A stretch of 64,000 nucleotides of DNA, taken from positions 20,212,001 to 20,276,000 of the forward strand of contig JBHGNT010000012.1 in NCBI GenBank assembly GCA_043228905.1, in the 5' to 3' direction. The notes under the pieces were generated by a model, which worked only from the letters and a program-made list of their open reading frames with translations, was not told the DNA's origin and made no database searches. The stretch comes from Azolla caroliniana (lineage: Eukaryota > Plantae > Polypodiophyta). A program made the translations under genes and the position numbers. Each line of letters starts with the position of its first letter. Position 1 is the first letter of the stretch. Below, one piece after another: positions 40,101-49,126 of this stretch.

Positions 40101-40716
40101 TTGGAAATGAGGCATTGGTTCACTATTCTCCATATGTGCAAAAACTCGATTGAACAAAGACAATGTGGCATCTTCAGACAACCAACTGCCATCGAGACTC
40201 AGCAGGTTTTTTTCTTGTTTGAACATATGTACATGAAGCCCAAATTCCCTAGTTGTAAGAGGAAACGTAAAGACTACGTATACTGGAGAGAAAGAAAGAA
40301 AATGGAAATCTTACCAAGATAGTGATGAGTTGAGAGGTAGCCACAGCGATGAGGTTGTCCTCAGACCACTTGATGGCGTTAGGGTAAGAAGCAGCACCGA
40401 CGAGATGAGCAGAGAAAGCAGCGAGGGGACCTCCGGCGTCATCGTCTTCTTCTTCCACGGCCCGGTCTTCCTTCAAAGAAACGCGAAGTTCTCCTTCGCC
40501 GTCCACCTCGTCCTCTTCTTCTTCCTCTTTTTCTTCTTCATCTGCAACTGCACCTGCATCTCCATCTGCATATCCTTCTGCCTCTTCTTCTTCATCGTTT
40601 TCTTCTTCTTCCGCCCGCGCGCAAAAGCTATCAATTCCGGGTCCGCCATGGCCGCGTCTGCGTCTGCGGCTGCGGCTGCTCTCGCTTTCGTCTGATTGTC
40701 GACGCTTTGGCGCCAT
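16170..40716 (-). CDS. GTF3C4: General transcription factor IIIC subunit 4-like (TFIIIC 90 kDa/delta; WD40 + C-terminal zf-TFIIIC), 17 exons, ~1036 aa
   Basis: Exons (minus): 40716-40315, 36413-36329, 34960-34858, 34696-34612, 34364-34311, 34218-34139, 20186-20137, 19689-19562, 19478-18919, 18480-18402, 18291-18115, 17956-17903, 17811-17707, 17643-17575, 17497-17451, 17277-16606, 16530-16170. Splice phases are compatible and total 3111 nt. Motifs match recalled plant TFIIIC-delta proteins: SYPNAIKWSEDNLIAVA..ILNPAFIEGPRG, MDWSPQG..GCMLAVCT..VKLY..EWVEVLDLS, WD repeats (AHESWVSVLSW, LVTGSCDGSVKLW, AHSQLVTGLVW) and a C-terminal CYVC...HKLPRCSVTF..C...WFCNCC...CPYCGILMQR zinc finger. Confidence 0.85.
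20616..21565 (+). mobile_element. two adjacent degraded LINE RT fragments
   Basis: LQALGVP..GIYA.YE.VSGKVRSPNG..IGVKQGCP, LFGLYIDE and LLYADDIV motifs. The segment restarts at ~20876 and is homologous to 31430-32200. Confidence 0.8.
21570..22640 (+). mobile_element. internally deleted 3' part of a Ty1/Copia element plus LTR
   Basis: Near-identical to parts of 25310-27380 (EPTTTKEA..PKWKAAMEFELDSIEWNHTWELVPRP; FQMDVKSAFLNG). It then jumps to the PPT GGAGGAGG|TGT at ~22250 and an LTR with TATAAAT at ~22456. Confidence 0.85.
23290..27383 (+). mobile_element. Ty1/Copia LTR retrotransposon (gag-PR-INT-RT-RH, disrupted) with truncated 3' LTR
   Basis: Gag with a CCHC-like knuckle (CHYCGYKGDIQPDC), protease WLVDSGATSHM, GAG-pre-integrase LWHARFGH..C..C, integrase NGGEF/PQQNGVVERKNRT, RT KWIFKTK..KARLV/YGLKQAPKAW and RNase H RTKHIEVHYHFVRD. 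PPT GAGAGGAGG then LTR TGTTGG at ~27116. Stops/frameshifts at ~24588, ~24730, ~26000 and ~26260. Confidence 0.95.
29881..30618. repeat. 368-bp tandem duplication within the insertion
   Basis: GCGCTCATGCATTACATGTG starts at 29881 and 30249; the copies are nearly identical. Confidence 0.95.
29994..30046 (+). promoter_or_regulatory. tRNA-type Pol III internal promoter (A-box + B-box), copy 1; copy 2 at 30362-30414
   Basis: A-box TGGCTTAGTGG (29994-30004) and B-box GGTTCAAGCC (30037-30046) are 32 nt apart, with a T6 run at ~30083. Confidence 0.65.
30995..31362. repeat. 94-bp tandem repeat, ~4 copies
   Basis: CTTGAAGACCTCCATCTTCC starts at 30995, 31089, 31183 and 31277; the copies are almost identical. 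Confidence 0.95.
39664..40230. repeat. ~187-bp tandem repeat, 3 copies, in TFIIIC-subunit intron 1
   Basis: ATTCCGCATATTCCAATTGAACCATAGCCCC...GAGGCATTGGTTCACTATT...TGTGGCATCTTCA occurs near 39664, 39851 and 40044. Confidence 0.92.
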
Positions 40717-40732
40717 GGAAGCTCGCTCTCTC

Positions 40733-40767
<35 letters not shown>

Positions 40768-40788
40768 GTCTCTCTCTGTCTCTCGTTC

Positions 40789-40812
40789 CACAGGTCGCAG
40801 GTTCGAATCCTG
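40789..40812 (+). promoter_or_regulatory. perfect Pol III B-box / tRNA T-arm upstream of the TFIIIC-subunit gene
   Basis: GGTTCGAATCC at 40800-40810 lies in the hairpin CAGG-TTCGAAT-CCTG, preceded by the variable-loop-like CACAGGTCG. The motif is directly visible; its function is untested. Confidence 0.7.
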
Positions 40813-42019
40813 AATGTGTACACTACTAATACTTGTGTGTCTCTTTAGTTAAAGAGTTAAATTTAGGAATCCTCCTCCATATCAAATTGGCCCCCCTTCT
40901 TCATCTTTTTTATCACTGTTTTTAGAGCTTCTTCCTCCTGTAGACCTACCCTATATTTGACCTCCCGAAGACGATAATAAAATCTACCTATCCATGCATT
41001 GGCCCACACCATGTGCCAATCAATCCTTCCGCTCTTCGTTCAGGCGACGAAAAGTAAACGTTTCCCAAACGGGCGAGAACCCGTCTCGGTTGCTCCTGCC
41101 CACTCGTGCCACGACTCCGAACATGTGGGCATTGGTGTGTGGAATTGCTCGATCTTATTGACTAGCATAACCATGGATTTTGAGTGTTTGAGCATGAAGT
41201 ACGAGGAAAGGCACATGTGCATTTCCCCAATGTGCATGATTCTAATGTTTAACACAATTGTGGGTCCAAGAAATGTATGAGGATAGTCATCGATTAGGCT
41301 AAACCTAATATTGGGATGACATCTACAATGACAATGCTCCTAATTTGTTGATGTTTATGCTTGGAAGAACTCGATCAGAAGGTCATTTTAACATTATAGC
41401 TCATTGAACCTAAAGTCTACTCACATCTTGAGTTCCTTAACTTAGTTCTTTTTGTCCTTTCATCTCGTTGGACTCCAATTATCCCATTTTTTACATCACC
41501 GTCGAGTGTTTCGTGTTCTATAGTTAAAGTGCAACATGTGCTTTTCAATTAACGATAAGAGGATGGAAGTTGCATTCGTCAAAGCTTGACATTTTGAAGA
41601 CTAACGTGTGCCTAAATTTAGGCTGAGTTAACTAGAAGACCACATAGAAGGTGTGCAAGTTCATATTCAATGCTCAAAGAATAACGCGTATTTGTTTATG
41701 TCTAATTAATCGAGTTGTGTGTACTCAAGTTTGATACTAAAACGAAAACTCTTATTTAAATTTTAGATATAGGTCCTCTATATGTTTAGCTTTAGAAGAA
41801 TACAATGTAGAAGTTGGATGCTTTCAATTTCAATATTCAAAGATACTTGCGTGTTCAAACATTAATGTTTAAAGACTATTAGATGTTTAGATTGACAAGC
41901 GGAGGATATCAATGATGTGTGTTGTTTGAGTCCAATATTTGAAAAATAATTAATGTCTAGCTTTAGATTAAGTTAATTTACTCGTTAACAATCAAGTTTG
42001 ATGCTTGAAGAGTAACACA

Positions 42020-43440
42020 TGTTACATGTACTTCAAGGGTAATAATTTCCCAAATGAAGGTCGCAGCTGAACAAGAGCCCAAGCACTCTGCAGAAGTGGC
42101 TCGTGACCCACGATAGCTGAAAGCAATTGACCCAAGCCTTCGTCACAGGCTTGAGGGGGAGGAACCGAAAGAACCGAAATTGCCACGACGCAGAAGCTAA
42201 CATCGAAAGTCACACAGAAGCCGACATCGAAAGCAGGACAATGCCGAAAGCAAACCGGATGTTGGACACCTCACACTTGAGCTTGAGGGGGCGTGTTGAG
42301 AGATCAAGCTCAACGTAGTTTAGTTAGTTAGTAAACCATGTAACTTCGTAGTTACTTAGATAGAATCTAGTTAGAAGTGTTGACTATAACACCTTAAATA
42401 AGACCTTTTACTTAAGTGGGATATTCTAGATCCTCCACTCCTAAGTACATTTAATATAAGAGTCAAGACTTACACCTTTGTACCTATATTCTCCTTACAC
42501 ATGTGCACCCTTGCACATGAGATCTATATATACCTCATTATAGGTATTTTTGTATTTGATGATGATGTTGCTAATTTAATATAGAGTTTATCATCCCCCA
42601 TCTCGTGTTCTTCATAAGTGTATCTCCCTCTCCCTCTCCCTCTCACACACATATCACATAATCTTCCGCTTAGCTTAATCACATAATTAGGTACTAATTA
42701 ACCCTTGTTTAATTACCTATTTCTTAACAGACCAAGTTGCATAGTTGTGTATGTCAAGCTTCTCTGTCAGAAGCGAACTTGCCATACTTCTGTCCATCTT
42801 TCGTTCTTTACCGGATGTTAGGGTTTGTCTTCAGTAATCGCTTATCGGCTGCAGAGGTTCTCAGCCCTCGCACTCTAATACCATGTGAAAGTAAACACGT
42901 GGAAGCTTATGACAAACTGGTTCCGCTGGATAACAACAGAGAGAGTGCATGTTTAATGGAAACCTTGCAAGACGCAGAGAGAGAGAGAGTAGAACCAAAA
43001 AACTAAATTCAAGATAATAACACTCTGTACATACAATGTGCTTAGTGAGGACTTTTATACAAGTCCTTAAAAGGACTGATAGAAGTACTGACAAGTACTT
43101 CAATGCCCACGTACTAGGCTATATTCGTAGGCCTCTAATGGCCTACCAGTTACAATCGGGTCCGTCTCTCTGATCCGGCTCTTGGTTTTGGATACCGATC
43201 CGGTTGAGCTTGTCCGCTCAACACTTGGCCAAAAAGGTACTGGTGCATCTTGTATTCCCAAGATGCAAAGTTCGATCTATTGAGTTTCTCGATAGGAAAA
43301 GCGCTTCCCATCTGAGTGTTTATGGTGTCATTTTCTTCTCTGTTGTTGAACCTGTTTTGTTTTACTGTTAGTGTGTGACACAACACTGTTGAACGAGTTT
43401 TGATTAGATTACCACACACTTTGATACCATGTAAAGGAAT
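42020..43440. mobile_element. cluster of nested Copia-type LTR fragments
   Basis: On plus, PPT GAGCTTGAGGGGGCG is followed by TGTTGAGAGATCAAGCTCAAC (~42295). On minus, an LTR-like segment 43223-42886 begins TGTTGAGCGGACAAGCTCAAC and is followed by PBS TGGTATTAGAG. A second minus PBS TGGTATCAAAG lies at ~43429, and a gag start MGSAFPIEKLNRSNFASWEYKMHQYL is truncated at ~43224. Confidence 0.7.
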
Positions 43441-43474
43441 GGATAGTGTAGATGATCTTGTGCAGCGGAATAAA

Positions 43475-43509
<35 letters not shown>

Positions 43510-46500
43510 CAAAGAGAGAGAAAGAGAGAGTTTAGATTGACAAAGAACAAGAAGCTATATTAGCAAAACTTGAAAGTACATCCAACAATTACTTGGTTAC
43601 AAAAGAGTTGGTTTAAATACCAACTAACTTAGGGCAACTGCCATTTCTACTATTTACAAAACTAGCCTAAACCTAGAGTGTCCATTTGTGAAAGTCATTC
43701 CATTGGGGAAGTTGGGTTCGACTCTCAACAATTATAAATCTTTCCTTAGTATGTTAATGTTTTCATATATACAATTTACATTTCTATGGTTGTCCCCTTT
43801 CCCTCCTTTTTCTATTCTTAACCTTTGGCCACATCACAACAACGTAGGCATCAATGAAACACTAAAAAAAAGGGGCTAAATGGCTACCCAATGTGAAAGA
43901 GACCAAACTTCCTTGTAAATGCTATAAAAGTAACTTTTGGTGAATTTTGTAGTGCACCCTTTTTGAGTTTTCTCTCCTCGTATAACCTAAACTTGAGCTC
44001 TCTCTTCTCACACCTTAATCTTTCACTTGAGTGAGTAGAGTGATTAGATTTAAGCGCTAATTGGTTATACCTTAATCACTCCTTTGTTTTTATGTGTTTG
44101 TCAACTCGCATATTAATTGAGACAAGGTCGCCATTAACACATATATTGTCTGTCTTTACTTATATGTGTGTATGTATACTTTTTCAACTTTTATTAAGAC
44201 TTTATTAACATGAGTAAGTGTGAGTGAGATTTCATGAGAATAGGGTTATGACTAGAGGCTCAAGAGTGATTGATTGGTGACCGCTCTTGTCCAGTTCACT
44301 ACCAGTAGTGTATATGGCAATCCTAATCCTTTGGCTCACAACATCAACTTGGAATAGAAAATAGAGAAAAGATAGAGAAAGAGGACAAATACAGAATGTG
44401 TATGTATCAATATGAAAACAATTACTGAGGTCCTCCACACATAAATATGACAACACTTACCTGTAGCATAAATAAAGGGGAAAAAGCTCAAAATGACATA
44501 AGGTGCAAGTTATGCAAGTCGAAAACTGTGGAGATAACACACTTTACTACTTTATGTGAATTGGTCAAGTGATAACACACTCAAAGATATCCCACACTCT
44601 AGAATTGAAAATTACAATTCATACCCTTGTTCTATTCGTAATTATCCCACAAGTACTCACCATAAGATTATGAAAAACTATGGAAAACCTATCTCATGAT
44701 CAGTTATGTCTTATGAAGAAGCATATGCACATGCCCTTCAACTCTAGACACATCACCCACCCCATCTCGACACTTCTCTAGCTCCCGGTTGGGAGGACTA
44801 TTTGCTACCATGATGCCTATCTATTGCCACCATTGCATCACCACATTACTTCCCATGTTGCACCCCACACATTCTGATACCCTTTGATGGCCCAATCTTC
44901 CCCCAATGAATCTCCCTTCACACACACCACATCACGATACCGCAATAAATTTGCATTCATTATGCTCATCCATTGTGTATCTCATGGACAATACATCATG
45001 AATGATACATAATGGTCACCATATGTATCTCATTGATTATAAAGTATGTTTTTGACTGTGGTATTCAAGTCCAATTGTCAATAAATGAGGACACAATCAA
45101 GAGAGGTAAGGTCCACTATCAGGAGAAGGAGATTTTATATAGGTTCCTCTCTTATTCAAGTATTACCTACTTAGCTAAACGAGTCATCTCAATAATGCTA
45201 AAATATCAAACGCTTAAGAGTCATACATGACTACCAAAAAATCAAGCAACAAAATGTTCAATTTAAGTGAAGAGGGGAACATTATATTATTGCATGGTAA
45301 CAACACATTAAATTTTATCTTTGTTGTCGTCATGTTTGTTACAAATATTTATATCAAGGTTCTTGTTGCCTAGGGCGGCATGTAACCGTCACTTGCTCTA
45401 TGATAGTAAATGATCATCCTCTAATAAATATCATGTGACACATAATTAGGTCCTTGCATTGAGCTTATGCTTGGGTACTTTTTTTGTTTATAATTATTTA
45501 CCATGTTTTATGTCCCTAGTGGGAAAGCCAACAATAGTTAGTCCATAATAAACAAATGATCACATTATTAAGTCTTACATTTGATTGATTTCTTATTTGT
45601 GCTATATAATCATATGTAAATATTTAACCAAATGAAAGGATTAGCACCAAGAAAAATGTAAATTAAACTCTATTATATGCTACTTAACAACTGTGTTTAA
45701 ATCAAATGGAAACAACAAGTGGAACATTGAACAAAAAGGGCACATAGTAGATCACAAAATAATACCTTGCATAACACGTTTGAGTAATTTTTCGCTTCAT
45801 CTTCCTTGCATGATTTTCATGCATTTAACAAGCATACAATTGTATACAATTGTCAAGTGGATTTGTGTACAATATATCCTTTCTTTTTCCTTTTATTTCC
45901 GTACATCACATGAACAACATTGGTAATATCTTACAATGCTGTGAAATATAGTAATATCCAACATTCTTTATGATTGCATGAAGAATTGAATGTGTTTGGC
46001 TAATGCATTATGTAAATTCTTCTTTTCGTATTTACACAATGCACCTTTTGTAGAGAGGAAATATCGTCCTATCAACTTTTGATCACCTCTTTATACGGCG
46101 TATAGATGTGGACCTTTTGAGACAAGGCAAATTAATGAAAGGTTTTCTAACCTTATTATGTTTTACAACATGAGTTTTTGATATTGTTTCAAATTGATTC
46201 ATGGGCTTAGAGAATGACAAAAGGAATGATTCAATGTAACTCAATTGGTAGCCTTTAGTGAAGAAAAGTAGGAGTTCCTACATTTGTGTCAGTGCACTTC
46301 TTACATCATAATTGAGAAAACTTGTCAAATGGCAAGCGCCAAATATTGTTTTGCCAAATAAGAATAGTGTTGCGGGGACTTTATGAAAGAAAGCCACGAT
46401 TTTCATGGCAAAAACTTTGACAATTTAGATTATGCGAAAGAAACAAATACATTGAATTGATTTTAAATTACCATGCACATTTGTGAAGGACTTCAATTTC

Positions 46501-47580
46501 AATTTAATAATTTTACTTGATTGGATATGATGGTTCACATGGCAAGAGTCCACTTAAAGTAGTGTCCTTTATATCTTCATGCTTTTGGCATTATTCATGG
46601 AAAAAGAACCACTCGAGTGTATCCAATGTTTGCCACCATGTTGTTATTTCCTAAAAAGCGCTCTTTAAACCTGTAAACTTTTAGATATGTGGGGAATACA
46701 AAATATTTTGCAGATAGAAAATCAATGGATTGTCGTATTTATAATGAAGGGCTTCTAAATTGATTGTGCATGGGGATATGACATTTTGTATGAAACACAT
46801 GGCATGCTCTCATAATCAACATAATTTCAATTATAGTAGCTTACGAATATATCTAACTAATTAGATACAAGGAATGACTCATATGTGTGAGTGAACAACT
46901 AATCACTTGTAATAGTGATAGATATAAATGACTCTTTAAGTGCATCACTTCATACATGTAAATAGAGTTAACCTAGCCACAATTCTTAATACAAATGCAT
47001 TCACTACTAACATTCGTTGGGTGTGTATCATATTGATAGATTGAATGATTAGTTGAGTATATACCTATATAGAACAAGAGATTGTAGAATGGTTGTGGCC
47101 ATGGCCAAGGATAAGGTTATGGATGGAGAGGAGAATACATATGTGGTGTATCACATAATTTAATGATCGAGGTAGCACACATATATCTATAAGTGGTTGT
47201 GTTGTTGCTAAAGCAAGAATTCCAATTGATGAATAAGGCTACTTGATTGAAAAGTAAAAAAGCAACCTAAAATGTTTGGTTGGTAGTTTAGGAAGGTACA
47301 ACATTTATTGGCGTTTATTGCTCGACTTGCCAAAAGGGTAAAAGATAATTAGCTCTAGCACACAATCTACTTGTAACATCAACACTCCCAAAGTAGATAG
47401 GAATTCATGAATGAATGGCATTACTACCAAATTGGGGAAATAAGGTGAAGTGCAAAAGAACAGTAATGGAATACCTATGTGCAAAGCTTAGCAAGTTGCA
47501 AATGAAAAACTAAGCTCCATCTATAGATTTATCCTTCCATAACACATGGTCAAATGAAGATGTACATTAATGCTTTGAAA

Positions 47581-47832
47581 CATTATAACGAACATTAAAT
47601 AGTAGATAAATAGAAAAGGCTTCATAAAACATCACCGTCATCCTATGCATGCATATACGATCATGACATGCGAACAACGTAACACAATGTTGTTAAACTA
47701 TCATAATAAACATTATAACGAACATTAAATAGTAGATAAATAGAAAAGGGTCCATAAAACATCACCGTCATCCTAGGCGTGCATATACAATCATGACCTG
47801 CGAACAACGTAACACGAGGTTGTTAAACTATG
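47581..47832. repeat. 130-bp tandem duplication
   Basis: CATTATAACGAACATTAAATAGTAGATAAATAGAAAAGG occurs at 47581 and 47711. Confidence 0.9.
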
Positions 47833-48229
47833 CATACAATTTGCCAATAGGAATATGTGAACGAAATCTAGCCACTTTCTTGACGAAGGGAAAAACGGGG
47901 TGGGCATGCCACAAAACTAGAATGCTTAAATATAGAGTTTGTGAATTTACGGACAACCTACTTATGATTTTACTCCTTGATGAATGATGCATCCAATGGT
48001 GTATAAAGAACAAGTTTCCGTATCAACAAAAAATACATGATAATTCTAGTACATTTATCACATATAGGACCTAAAGTCATGTGTTTGAGATTGTTTAATG
48101 TTAAAAATCACGGTCGGTCTTACTCCTCGAAGTTGGGGGGGGTTTCAAAGCCTCACATGAATTCATCTTATCGATAAGTGGTACCATTCATTATCGGAGG
48201 AGACATACACTACATAAAGAAAAAGAAGA

Positions 48230-48860
48230 AGTAAAGGAGGGGTATCAATTGAGAATAATGAAAAGCAAAGGTTAGAGAGGGAAAGAAGAGGTATGTTCTT
48301 TTTTCTTTTTAAACAAGGAGGGGTATCAGTTGAGAATAATGAAAAGCAAAAGAAGAGGTATTATTATTATTATTATTGGCAAGGGTGGGGGGTGTTAGAG
48401 GGGTAACTGAGGAGATAAAGGAAAACAAAGGAGGGGCATAAGTTGAGAATAATGAAAAGCAAAAATCCAGAAGGGAGAGAAGAGATATTTGCTTTTTTGC
48501 CTTCTTTTTTTTTTTTAGGTGGGGGGAGGGGGGTATTTGAAGAGATAAAGGAAAAGGAAGGAGGGGGTATCAATTGAGAATAATGAAAAGCAAAAACCTC
48601 AAGACGGAGATATAAAGGAAAAGATAAAGGAAAAGGAAGGAGGGGTATCAATTGAGAATAAAGGAAAGCAAAAACCTCAAAGAGGGAGGAGAGAAGAGGT
48701 TTTTGCTTTTTTTGCTTCCCTTTTTATTTTGTTGGGGAGGGGGCTGGATAGAGGGGTAACTGAGGAGATAAAGGAAAAGTAAGGAGGGGTATCAATTGAA
48801 AATAATGAAAAGCAAAACCTTCAATGAGGGAGGGAAGAGGTTTTTGCTTTTTTTGCTTTT
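48230..48860. repeat. degenerate ~6-copy repeat in the CRK promoter
   Basis: GGAGGGGTATCAATTGAGAATAATGAAAAGCAAA recurs near 48236, 48317, 48430, 48560, 48639 and 48783. Confidence 0.85.
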
Positions 48861-49126
48861 TTTGCTTTTTTGCTTTTTTTGGGCAGTTTTGATTTCCTGC
48901 ACGTATATATATATGTATGTATATGTATATGCTGCATTGCTGTAGCTCGTTTTCAAAAGCTTCAAATTCTTTTCTCAGAGAGTGAGACACACACTCTCTC
49001 TGTCTCTGTCTCTGTCTCTCTCTGTCTCTCTCACGCACAAACAAATGGAATGGAATGATTCTCTCTCTCGCTTGGCTCAATAGCTATGGATCTTCTCATC
49101 ACATAGATCCTCACTGTATTCACTCA

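Noticed and set aside
40700-40820. Possible true tRNA-Met gene with an intron
   Set aside because: There is no acceptor stem or anticodon arm, and the spacer is a microsatellite. It is reported as a regulatory candidate instead.
40330-40823. Alternative-frame and antisense ORFs over TFIIIC exon 1
   Set aside because: They are shadows of the GAA-rich low-complexity coding exon and the microsatellite.
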